From: an uncultured delta proteobacterium
Lineage (GTDB): Bacteria; Desulfobacterota; RBG-13-43-22
NCBI GenBank assembly: GCA_963843145.1
Contig: CAWJJC010000028.1
Coordinates: 640,001 to 704,000 of the forward strand
Direction: 5' to 3'
Length of the DNA stretch: 64,000 nt
The first letter of the stretch is position 1. Each line of letters begins with the position of its first letter. The translations under genes were made by a program, and so were the position numbers. A model generated the notes under the pieces. That model did no database searches, was not told the DNA's origin, and saw nothing but the letters and a program-made list of their open reading frames with translations. This document shows, one piece after another, positions 39,040 to 47,746 of this stretch.

Positions 39040-39901
39040 ATTTGCCCAAGACTTGGCCTCGGAGGAGTTCATCCTCACCGCTGAACTCGACCCTCCCAAG
39101 GGAGCGGACCCGGCGGTAGTTCAAAAAAAGATAGCCGCGCTTAAAGAGAAGGTCCAGGCCGTGGTGGTCTCGGATAACCACTCGGCCCGGATGCGCATGG
39201 CCCCGCTGGGTATCTGCCGAACCCTCCTTGATCAGGGACTGGAGCCGATCCTGACCCTGACCGGCCGGGACCGCAACCGTCTGGCCCTGCAATCCGATCT
39301 GCTGGCCGCCTTCAGTCTGGGAATTCAAAATGTATTGGCCGTAACCGGGGATCACACCTCCTGGGGGGACCATCCCCAGGCCAAGCCGGTGTATGATCTG
39401 GATTCGGTGCAACTTCTGAAGACCCTGAGCGCCTTGAATCGAGGCCAGGACCTTTCCGAAAATCCTTTGGAGGGCGCCCCGCCCCATTTTACGGTGGGAG
39501 CGGTAGTTCCCCTGGCGGCCAATCCCTTGGAACCGGTGATCATGAAGTTTCGCAAAAAAGCGGCCCAAGGCGTGGATTTTTTTATCAGTCACCCCCTTTT
39601 CGATTTAAAAAACGCGGATGAATTTTTTAAGCAGACCCCTGAGATCAAGACACCGCTTCTGGCTACCGTCTGTCTGCTGAAGTGGGATCAAATTGTCGGT
39701 TACCGCCCCGGGAACCTCCCGGGAATCTTTCTCCCCGAGGCGGTGTCGGAACAGTTTAAATCCTGGAAAGAGGAGACCTACGAGTCCAGGACCTGGGAGG
39801 TCGCCGGGAAGCTGATAGCAGCCGTGAAAAAAGACGGCCGGTTTCGAGGGGTGCATTTGATGCTGTCCGGAGAGGAAGAACGGGTAGGAGATCTGGTTTA
39901 G
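39023..39901 (+). CDS. metF: 5,10-methylenetetrahydrofolate reductase MetF
   Basis: TAELDPPKG, RDRNRLALQSDL, TGDH, VYDLDS. Confidence 0.88.
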   Translation: MATPSKFAQDLASEEFILTAELDPPKGADPAVVQKKIAALKEKVQAVVVSDNHSARMRMAPLGICRTLLDQGLEPILTLTGRDRNRLALQSDLLAAFSLGIQNVLAVTGDHTSWGDHPQAKPVYDLDSVQLLKTLSALNRGQDLSENPLEGAPPHFTVGAVVPLAANPLEPVIMKFRKKAAQGVDFFISHPLFDLKNADEFFKQTPEIKTPLLATVCLLKWDQIVGYRPGNLPGIFLPEAVSEQFKSWKEETYESRTWEVAGKLIAAVKKDGRFRGVHLMLSGEEERVGDLV

Positions 39902-39963
39902 AATAGTGGATGTATTTTTATTCTTCACGGGTCACGCTCTGAACTTGGCGGTTCAATAACGAA

Positions 39964-41031
39964 ATGAACCTGCAGAATCCAAAAGTACTGATCCTTGGCG
40001 GCGGGATCGCCGGACTGACAGCGGCATTGGCCTTGAACCGGTTGGGCGTATCCCTGGAGCTGCTGGAGAAAACCGCCGTCCTGGGCGGCGCGGCCCGGAA
40101 TTTCTGCTGTAAAGCAACCGATGTCTGCCGCCAGTGCGGGGCCTGTCTGGTAAACGATGCCCTCCGGGCCCTGATGCCGGCCGCACTGGCCGAGGCGCCT
40201 TCGCTGAGGATCCGGTTGAGATCCGAATTAACGGAAATTAGCCGGGAGGCCAAGGAATTTCTCTATAGCTATCGCGGCCCTGAAGGGGCCGGGGAAGGCC
40301 GGGCCGAGGCGCTGCTTCTGGCCACCGGCTTCACCCCCTTCAGGGCGGAAGACAAACCTCAATACGGCTACGGCCGTCTGCCCAATGTCCTCACCGGTTT
40401 GGACCTGGAAAAACAAATCAAAGAAACCGGTGCGGTGGTAAGACCCTCCGACCTTCAGACTCCCCAGTCCATCGCCTTCATTCAATGCGTTGGTAGTCGT
40501 GACCTGCATCTGGGACACCCGTTCTGCTCCCAGGTTTGTTGCGGATACGCGCTGCGTCTGGCCGGCCTGATTCGCCACCGTACCCCTGGAACGGCGGTGA
40601 CGATTTTCTACATGGACATCCAGAACTTTGGGAAAGATTTTTCCCGGTTTCTGGATGAGGCTCGGCAGCAGATGCGTTTTATTCGCTCCATCCCGGGAGA
40701 TATTCAGGGAGGGGAAAACGATCGGCTCCTGCTGACCTATCAACAGGATGACGGCCTGCCGAGTCAAAAGGAAACCTTCGACCTGGTGGTCCTTTCGATC
40801 GGTTTAATGCCGGGAGCCGATTTGATCGGGCTTAGTCAAAAGATCAATCTTCCGCTGAACGCCGACGGGTTTTTAACAAAAGATGGAGACCGGTTTTCCC
40901 TTTCTCCGGCCGAAGGGGTATTTTTTGCAGGGACCGTTTCCGGTCCCAAAAGCATTTCCCGATCGGTTTCCCAGGCCCAACAAGCCTCCGAAGAGCTGGT
41001 CCAATTTTTGAAGGGGAGGGGCCTATCGTGA
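39964..41031 (+). CDS. short HdrA-like flavoprotein (QmoA-like architecture)
   Basis: GGGIAG; CCKATDVCRQCGAC; YGYGRLPNV; FIQCVGSRD..CSQVCC. Confidence 0.8.
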   Translation: MNLQNPKVLILGGGIAGLTAALALNRLGVSLELLEKTAVLGGAARNFCCKATDVCRQCGACLVNDALRALMPAALAEAPSLRIRLRSELTEISREAKEFLYSYRGPEGAGEGRAEALLLATGFTPFRAEDKPQYGYGRLPNVLTGLDLEKQIKETGAVVRPSDLQTPQSIAFIQCVGSRDLHLGHPFCSQVCCGYALRLAGLIRHRTPGTAVTIFYMDIQNFGKDFSRFLDEARQQMRFIRSIPGDIQGGENDRLLLTYQQDDGLPSQKETFDLVVLSIGLMPGADLIGLSQKINLPLNADGFLTKDGDRFSLSPAEGVFFAGTVSGPKSISRSVSQAQQASEELVQFLKGRGLS

Positions 41032-42764
41032 TTCCCCTCGCGGAATTTCAGAAAAGGCCCAGGGTTTTAGTCGTGGGGGGGGGATTGACGGCCCTGGAAG
41101 CCGCCAGCCGATTGATCGCTTTCGGGTATGAGGTGCTGGTCGCTTATCCGGAGGCGGAACTTCGGACGGTGAAATCCTTGCTCCCGGAAGACCGGAAAAT
41201 GCCGGGTTACGCGCGGGATCTGCTGGATAGAATGAAAACCCAAGAGCGGGTTTCTTTTTATCCGGAAACCCTGGTGGGGTCGATTTCCGGGTTTGCTGGG
41301 GATTTCGAGGTGCAAATCCAGTCGCCCCAAAAAGAATGGCTTGAGCCGGTGGGGGCGATCGTCCTGGCCCCGGAGTTGGTTTCAACCGGAACGTCTTTTC
41401 CCGATCCCTTGAGTTCTTCCGGGCAAATAGTCCTCCTGGATCAATTGGTGGAGGAATTAAGCGCACCTTCCGGTACCTCCCGGGGTATTTATTCGTTGAA
41501 TTCCGCTTCCTACGCGGCTTTTCTGATCGGGCTGAACGGCGCCGGGGGAACGGCCGCCATGGCCCAGGCCTTGGAGTCGGCGATCATCCTCCGGAAAAAA
41601 TTCGAGGTCCAGGTTTATTTTTTTACCGGAAATGTCAAGGTGGCCGAGGAGGGACTGGAGCGGCTCTACCTGGAAGCCCGTGACGCGGGGGTGGTTTTTT
41701 TTAAACTGGAGGCTGAAAAACTGGAATTTCTGAAAAAGGGCGACCAGGTTACGCTCCAGTTCATTGATCCCCTGCTGGGGCAGCCCTTTGAATTGCTGCC
41801 GGACCTGCTGGTCGTCGATTCGCGGCCGCTTCTTCCCGCCGACGTGCAGTCCCTGGCGCTATCGACCCAATTGGGATTGGATCCCGCCGGTTACCTGCAA
41901 TCGGGCAACGTGCACCTCTGGCCCCAGGGGTTGGACCGGACCGGCATCTTTGCCGCCGGTCCCGGGAAAGGCCCGTTGATGGTCGCAGCCGCCATCGAGG
42001 AAGGGCGGGGAGCGGCCTTGTCGGTCCACCAATTTTTCGAGGGGCGCCCTGCGGAACCCCTGGACCGCGAGGTGGTGGTCGATAAGGGCCTGTGCACCGT
42101 CTGCCTGACCTGTCTGCGCTTTTGCCCTCACCAGGCCATCGGCTGGACCCATCGGATATTCATCCACCCCCTGGCCTGCCGGCGCTGCGGCATCTGCGCC
42201 AGCGAGTGCCCTATGGATGCCATTCAGATCGCCGGGTACTCCGATTCGGAGGTGGAACAACGGCTGCTGGAAATCAGCCGGCAGTGGGAAGAGAGGAGGG
42301 CCGGGGATCCCCGGATCCTCGTTTTCGGCTGCCGACGGTCGGCCGGGATGGCCTGGGACGAAATGACGCAAGGCGCCAGTCGTAAGGCGCAAGGCGAAAA
42401 AAAAGAAATTCCGACAAGCTGTTCCTGGGATCAGGGATCGGTGGAATTTATCGGGTTGCCGTGCGCCGGGAAGCTGGACCCGGATTTTCTGCTGAAAGCT
42501 CTGTCCCTGGGCGCTGATGGGGTGCTGGTCCTGGCCTGTCCGGAAGAGAATTGCCGATCCAACCACGGCAACACCTATGCCCGAGATCGATTAGCGGAAG
42601 CCTCGGATTATTTGGAAGAAGCGGGCCTTGATCGCCGGCGCCTCCGGTTTGAGCATATTTCCAGCAACCGGGTATTTCTTTTGGATGAGGTCCTTCAAGA
42701 CCTTATTAAAGGTATAAAAGGGTTGGAGGGGAGGGCACCCGCGGAGCATGAAAATAAGGATTGA
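41028..42764 (+). CDS. HdrA-fragment/ferredoxin/MvhD fusion (QmoB-like architecture)
   Basis: VVGGGLTA; CTVCLTCLRFCP and CRRCGICASECP; C-terminal MvhD domain FGCRRS, LPCAGK, GADGVLVLAC..NC. Confidence 0.82.
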   Translation: MIPLAEFQKRPRVLVVGGGLTALEAASRLIAFGYEVLVAYPEAELRTVKSLLPEDRKMPGYARDLLDRMKTQERVSFYPETLVGSISGFAGDFEVQIQSPQKEWLEPVGAIVLAPELVSTGTSFPDPLSSSGQIVLLDQLVEELSAPSGTSRGIYSLNSASYAAFLIGLNGAGGTAAMAQALESAIILRKKFEVQVYFFTGNVKVAEEGLERLYLEARDAGVVFFKLEAEKLEFLKKGDQVTLQFIDPLLGQPFELLPDLLVVDSRPLLPADVQSLALSTQLGLDPAGYLQSGNVHLWPQGLDRTGIFAAGPGKGPLMVAAAIEEGRGAALSVHQFFEGRPAEPLDREVVVDKGLCTVCLTCLRFCPHQAIGWTHRIFIHPLACRRCGICASECPMDAIQIAGYSDSEVEQRLLEISRQWEERRAGDPRILVFGCRRSAGMAWDEMTQGASRKAQGEKKEIPTSCSWDQGSVEFIGLPCAGKLDPDFLLKALSLGADGVLVLACPEENCRSNHGNTYARDRLAEASDYLEEAGLDRRRLRFEHISSNRVFLLDEVLQDLIKGIKGLEGRAPAEHENKD

Positions 42765-42772
42765 CCAGGATT

Positions 42773-42861
42773 CGTCATTCCGGACAAGCGAAGCGCGATC
42801 CGGAATCCAGCCTCGGATAAGCTCTGGAGGGCCTGGATACCGGATCAAGTCCGGTATGACG
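42773..42861. repeat. CGTC-type palindromic repeat, copy 6
   Basis: cgtcattccggacaagcgaagcgcgatccggaatccag...ctggataccggatcaagtccggtatgacg. Confidence 0.85.
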
Positions 42862-42907
42862 AAAAAAAGCCTGAAAAAGCGGTGATAGATTCTATTTTCG
42901 TACTAAT

Positions 42908-43384
42908 ATGGAACGTATTGATCTCAGAAAACTTGACCCGGATTTCAAGCATCGGCTGGCCCGGGAACTGGGCGGGGAGCATATCCGCAATTGCTATGCC
43001 TGCGGGGTCTGTTCGGCCCGGTGTCCCATCGAAAAGATCGAACCGGAATTCAACCCCCGGAAGATGATTCGGATGATTCTCCTGGGAATGGAGGAGGACC
43101 TGCTTAAACAGGATCTTCTCTGGCATTGCTCCAACTGCTACACCTGCCAGGAGAGCTGTCCGGAAAAAGTGAATTTCACCGAAGTGATTTTTGCTTTGAG
43201 AAATATGGCCGTTCGCCAGGGCCTGGCCCCCCCGGGTATGGGTGCGGCCCAGAACCTCCTCGGTCAGCAGGGGCGGATGTATGAAGTGGGCGAATTCGAA
43301 AATGAAAAGCGGCAGGAACTGGGGTTGCCGAAGATTAAGATGGATACCGTAAGCATTAGAAAAATATTGGAAGATAAAGAATAA
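42908..43384 (+). CDS. hdrC: heterodisulfide reductase subunit C
   Basis: CYACGVCSARCP, NPRKMIR, WHCSNCYTCQESCP. Confidence 0.9.
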   Translation: MERIDLRKLDPDFKHRLARELGGEHIRNCYACGVCSARCPIEKIEPEFNPRKMIRMILLGMEEDLLKQDLLWHCSNCYTCQESCPEKVNFTEVIFALRNMAVRQGLAPPGMGAAQNLLGQQGRMYEVGEFENEKRQELGLPKIKMDTVSIRKILEDKE

Positions 43385-43392
43385 CGGAGGTT

Positions 43393-43522
43393 AAACTCGA
43401 AACTCGAAATCCGAAACAAATTCAAATGACCAAATATCAAAATTCGAAACCTTCCCGTTTTAATCATTTGAATTTTGGAAATTCGTGCTTGTTTCGGATT
43501 TCGTGCTTCGAATTTCGGATTT
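43393..43522. repeat. tcgaaa/tttcgg heptamer inverted-repeat element
   Basis: aaactcgaaactcgaaatccgaaacaa...ttgtttcggatttcgtgcttcgaatttcggattt. Confidence 0.75.
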
Positions 43523-43539
43523 AGGGTTTTGCCATATTT

Positions 43540-44421
43540 ATGCGATACGCCTTTTTCCTGGGCTGCACCGTCCCGGTGCGCAACTTAAATTATGAATTGG
43601 CCTCTCGCCGGGTGGCTGAAAGGCTGGAGCTCGAGCTGGTGGACCTGGAAGAATTCCAGTGCTGCGGATTTCCCCTGAAGTCTATCAGTTTTATCGATTC
43701 CCTGGTCGTCGCCGCCCGCAATCTGGCCCTGGCCGAGCAGGCCGGACTCCCGGTCTGTACCCTCTGCAGCGCCTGCGGCGGGTCTTTGAGTGAGGCTCAT
43801 CATCTGCTGGAACAGCATCCGGAACTCAAGGCCCAGGTCAATGAGCGCTTGCGTGTCTTGGGTCTGGAATATAAGGGTTCTTCCGAGGTCAAGCATTTTG
43901 TCCGGGTTTTATATGAGGAAGTGGGCCTGGGAAAGATAGCCGAGAAAATCAGTCGCCCCCTGACCGGTTTTTCTTTTGCCCCCCATTACGGGTGCCATTA
44001 TATCAAACCGGCCGAAGCAACGGGGGGGCTGGACCCGGTGGAAGATCCGATCACCCTGACCCGGCTGATCGAGGTCACCGGGGCCTCCGCGACCGTGTAT
44101 CCTTCACTGCTTCAGTGCTGCGGTGGAGGCGTCCTAGGGGCCAAAGAGGACCTGGCCAACACCCTGGCAGGTGAAAAATTGGGGGAATTGAATCAGTTAG
44201 GCACTACCGGGCTGGTGGTGATCTGCCCCTTTTGCAACGTTATGTTTGAGGGACAGCAAAAGAAAATCGAGAAGAAACTGGATCAGAAACTGAAGGTGCC
44301 GGTACTCTATTACCCGCAACTGTTGGGTCTGGCTATGGGGTTCACCCCGGATCAACTGGGTTTCAAGTTGAACCGGGTTAAGGACAAGGAGTTCCTTAAA
44401 AAGATGGAGGCGGCTAAATGA
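43540..44421 (+). CDS. hdrB: heterodisulfide reductase subunit B
   Basis: YAFFLGC, QCCG, CSAC, HYGCH, QCCGG, CPFC, YYPQLLGLA. Confidence 0.92.
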   Translation: MRYAFFLGCTVPVRNLNYELASRRVAERLELELVDLEEFQCCGFPLKSISFIDSLVVAARNLALAEQAGLPVCTLCSACGGSLSEAHHLLEQHPELKAQVNERLRVLGLEYKGSSEVKHFVRVLYEEVGLGKIAEKISRPLTGFSFAPHYGCHYIKPAEATGGLDPVEDPITLTRLIEVTGASATVYPSLLQCCGGGVLGAKEDLANTLAGEKLGELNQLGTTGLVVICPFCNVMFEGQQKKIEKKLDQKLKVPVLYYPQLLGLAMGFTPDQLGFKLNRVKDKEFLKKMEAAK

Positions 44422-44434
44422 AGGAGGGATTGCA

Positions 44435-44475
44435 ACAATAATTAATAATCAATTGTTAATTATTAATTATTAAAA
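44435..44475. repeat. AT-rich heptamer inverted repeat
   Basis: acaataattaataatcaattgttaattattaattatt. Confidence 0.6.
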
Positions 44476-44584
44476 TCATCAGGTTATGGCTTCAGCTCAT
44501 CCGTTTTAAATTCATTTATCGCGGGTGCCCACCCCGGGCAGCGCGGTTTAGCCAATAAATCCAGAGGAATAAAGGAGGAGCGTC

Positions 44585-45016
44585 ATGGAGATCGAAGGGT
44601 ATGATTTTCCCGATGAATTATGGTATGATAAGAACCACTTCTGGGCCCGGATCGAAGGGGATACGGTCGTCATGGGTACCACCGACTTTGCCCAGAAACT
44701 GGCCGGCGAAATCGGATATGTGGAACTGCCGGAAGCCGGACAAAAAGTGACCCAGGGCAAGCCTTTCGGTTCCATCGAATCCGGTAAATGGGTGGGACGG
44801 ATTTATGCGGTCCTTTCCGGTCAGGTGACGGAGGTCAACGAGGCCTTGGAGGACGAACCGGAATTGATTAATAACTCGGCGTATGATCAAGGCTGGATCT
44901 GCAAGCTTTCTCCTGAAAACCTGGACGCGGAAAAAGCCAACCTGATGACGGCCGCTGATCTGAAGCCCTTTATCGAAGCCGAGGTGGCTCGGGTGAAGGA
45001 ATTGATGAATAAATAA
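44585..45016 (+). CDS. GcvH-family lipoyl carrier, LbpA-like (ESGKWVG)
   Basis: FPDELWY..H.W, GTTDFAQKLAG, lipoyl lysine in SIESGKWVG, PELIN..Y..GWI. Confidence 0.88.
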   Translation: MEIEGYDFPDELWYDKNHFWARIEGDTVVMGTTDFAQKLAGEIGYVELPEAGQKVTQGKPFGSIESGKWVGRIYAVLSGQVTEVNEALEDEPELINNSAYDQGWICKLSPENLDAEKANLMTAADLKPFIEAEVARVKELMNK

Positions 45017-45132
45017 AATCAAGAAAAAAGGTTAAAGGATAAAGGAAAAAGGATAGAGGACAAGCAGGGACCAACAAGGTTTGGGTGTTTTTTCTCGTTT
45101 CTCGATCCTCGATCCTTGAGGAAGGAGTCTTT

Positions 45133-47715
45133 ATGGGTTATATTGATGAATTGAAACAGGTGCTGGGTCCGGAAAACGTCAATACCGGGGAAATCGATTG
45201 CTTTAGTGTTTCCCGGGATCTCTCGGTACACGAAGGGTTTCCGGAGGTCATCGTCTTTGCCCGCAGTACCGAGGAAGTGGTGGGCGTGGTCAAAGTCGCG
45301 GCAGCCCATAAAATCCCGGTGACGGCCCGGGGGGCTGGAACCAGCGCGACCGGGGCGGCCCTGGCCTCCAAGGGCGGTATTCTGCTCGATCTCTCCCACA
45401 TGAATAAGATCAAAGAATTGAATAAGAACGACCGGTACGTCAGCGTGGAACCGGGGATCATCTGCAACGCCTTGAACGCCCAGTTGGAACCGACCCATTT
45501 TTTCCCTCCGGACCCCGGCAGCGCTCCTATCTGCACTATCGGTGGGATGATTGCTTGCAACGCCAGCGGGGTCCGGGCCGTGAAATACGGGACCACCCGG
45601 GACTATGTCATGGGGTTGGAGGTAGTCCTGGCCGACGGCCGGCTTATTCATACCGGATCGCTGGCTCCCAAAACCGCGGCCGGATATGATCTGACGCACC
45701 TCTTCGCCTCATCGGAAGGGACCTTGGGCATTATTACCTCCGCCACGTTGAAGATTCTACCCAAACCTCCCTATATCGCTTTTGCCAAAGCTTCCTTCCC
45801 TTCCATCGAAACGGCCGGCCGAACCGTGGAAAAGATCCTCTCTTCCGGGATCCGCCTGTCTTCGTGTGAAATCCTGGACGATATGTCGATCGAGGTGGTC
45901 AAAAAGGCCATGAAGCTCGACTTTCCGCCCGAAGTGAAATGCGTCCTCTTCATGGAAATCGACGGCCACAAGCTGGAAGTCCAGGATTACATTTCCCGGA
46001 TCAACGCCCTCTGTAAAGAAATGGGGGGCATAGAAAACGAATGGTCGGACGACCCGGCCCAACGATTGGCCATGTGGTCGGCCCGACAAGGTCTGACTCC
46101 CGCCTTGTCCAGGATCAAACCGGGTTACCGGTTGATACCGATCGTGGAAGATTTCGGAATGCCCATCAGCCAAATCCCGGCCACGATCACCGCGATCCAG
46201 GACGTGGGGAAGCGGCATAATTTCCCGATCGCCACCTTCGGCCATATCGGGGATGGAAATTTACACGCCGTCATTGTCATGGATGTGCGCAAAAAGGAAG
46301 AGTGGGAAACCTTGCGCAAGATCGCTCAGGATTTCATCGACCTCACCCTCAAATTCCGCGGCACTTTGACGGCGGAACATGGCCTGGGTATGGCCAAGTC
46401 GCCCTATATTAAGGCCGAACTGGGAAACGCCCTGGAGGTCATGGAACAAATTAAGAAGACCCTGGATCCGGACAACATCTTCAATCCGGGGAAGATGGGC
46501 TTTGCGGACAGCCCCCAAGACATTCTGGGACAGTTCGCCTTCGCCTATCTTCTGGAACATCCGGAAGACCGCCAAAGCTTCGGGGAAAAGATTGATAACG
46601 AGCTCCTGGCTTGCATCCAGTGCGGGTTCTGCCGGGCTGGTTGTCCCACGTACACCCAGACCGGCCTGGAGTCCATGAATGCTCGAGGCCGGGTCCTGCT
46701 GGCTTTTAATTTGATGAGCGGTCGTCTTAAACCCTCGGCCGAAATGGCAACCCGACTCTACCAGTGCACCAACTGCCTGAACTGCAAATACACCTGCCCT
46801 TCCCGGGTGGAGGTGGCGGATATCGTCCAGGCCGCCCGTAAGCGTCTGGCGGAAAACGGCTTTTTGCCCGAGGTCTTTCAAGCCGGCAGTAAGAGTATTA
46901 TCCAGTACGGGAATCCTTTCGGAGAACCCCGGGAAAAGCGGACCGACACCTTCCCGACCGGATTTCAGCCGGCGCAAAAGGGGGCCGAGGTGCTGCTCTT
47001 TGGCGGCTGCGTGGGGTCCTATCAGGATGTCAACCTGATACCCAACCTGATGGCTATTTTAGACAAGGCCGGAATCTCCTATACGGCCCTGGGGCAGGAA
47101 GAGGACTGTTGCGGGTATCTGAGTTACCTGATCGGGCGGGAAGAGGATTTCCGGACTTGCGTGGCCGGTAATACCCGAAAATTTGCCGAGTTGGGCGTTA
47201 AAGAAATCGTTACCAGTTGCCCCGGCTGCTACCGGACTTTGAGTAAACTTTACCCCGCCTACGGGGGCAGTTCGGCGATCAAGGTCCATCATGTCACTAC
47301 CTTCCTGAACGACTTGCTGAGCCAGGGGAAAATCCCGCTGAAGGGCAACGGCGCTCAGAAGATTGCCTATCATGACCCCTGCGACCTGGGCCGCCACATG
47401 AACATCTTTGAGGAGCCGCGTAATGTGTTGAAAAGCCTGCCCGGCGTGGAGTTGACCGAGTTTAAACTCAACCGTCTGCTGGCCAAGTGCTGCGGCAGCG
47501 GGGGAGGAGTGAAAGGTTTTGACAACCCCCTCAGTCAGGACATCGCCTACCAGCGCGTCCTCCAGGCCCTGGAAGTGGGGGCCGAGGTGATCGTTTCCGC
47601 CTGCCCCTCCTGCAAGAGTAACCTGACCCAAGGGGCGGCCCGGGTACGGAAGGAAAAGAAAGGAAAGATCAAAGTCAAGGATATTACCGAGGTCGTGGCG
47701 GCGGCTTTGGCTTAA
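45133..47715 (+). CDS. FAD-linked 2-hydroxyacid dehydrogenase (GlcD/Dld) fused to an Fe-S/CCG (GlcF/HdrD-like) domain
   Basis: RGAGTS, PPDPGS, KYGTTRDYV, SEGTLG, GHIGDGNLH, AEHGLG; CIQCGFCRAGCP, CTNCLNC; two CCG motifs; YHDPCDLGR. Confidence 0.9.
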   Translation: MGYIDELKQVLGPENVNTGEIDCFSVSRDLSVHEGFPEVIVFARSTEEVVGVVKVAAAHKIPVTARGAGTSATGAALASKGGILLDLSHMNKIKELNKNDRYVSVEPGIICNALNAQLEPTHFFPPDPGSAPICTIGGMIACNASGVRAVKYGTTRDYVMGLEVVLADGRLIHTGSLAPKTAAGYDLTHLFASSEGTLGIITSATLKILPKPPYIAFAKASFPSIETAGRTVEKILSSGIRLSSCEILDDMSIEVVKKAMKLDFPPEVKCVLFMEIDGHKLEVQDYISRINALCKEMGGIENEWSDDPAQRLAMWSARQGLTPALSRIKPGYRLIPIVEDFGMPISQIPATITAIQDVGKRHNFPIATFGHIGDGNLHAVIVMDVRKKEEWETLRKIAQDFIDLTLKFRGTLTAEHGLGMAKSPYIKAELGNALEVMEQIKKTLDPDNIFNPGKMGFADSPQDILGQFAFAYLLEHPEDRQSFGEKIDNELLACIQCGFCRAGCPTYTQTGLESMNARGRVLLAFNLMSGRLKPSAEMATRLYQCTNCLNCKYTCPSRVEVADIVQAARKRLAENGFLPEVFQAGSKSIIQYGNPFGEPREKRTDTFPTGFQPAQKGAEVLLFGGCVGSYQDVNLIPNLMAILDKAGISYTALGQEEDCCGYLSYLIGREEDFRTCVAGNTRKFAELGVKEIVTSCPGCYRTLSKLYPAYGGSSAIKVHHVTTFLNDLLSQGKIPLKGNGAQKIAYHDPCDLGRHMNIFEEPRNVLKSLPGVELTEFKLNRLLAKCCGSGGGVKGFDNPLSQDIAYQRVLQALEVGAEVIVSACPSCKSNLTQGAARVRKEKKGKIKVKDITEVVAAALA

Positions 47716-47746
47716 AGACAACTCGTAATGCCTAGAGGAACATAAG

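Noticed and set aside
44585-45016. Glycine cleavage system
   Set aside because: No gcvT, gcvP or lpd in the window, and the lipoyl motif is atypical for canonical GcvH.
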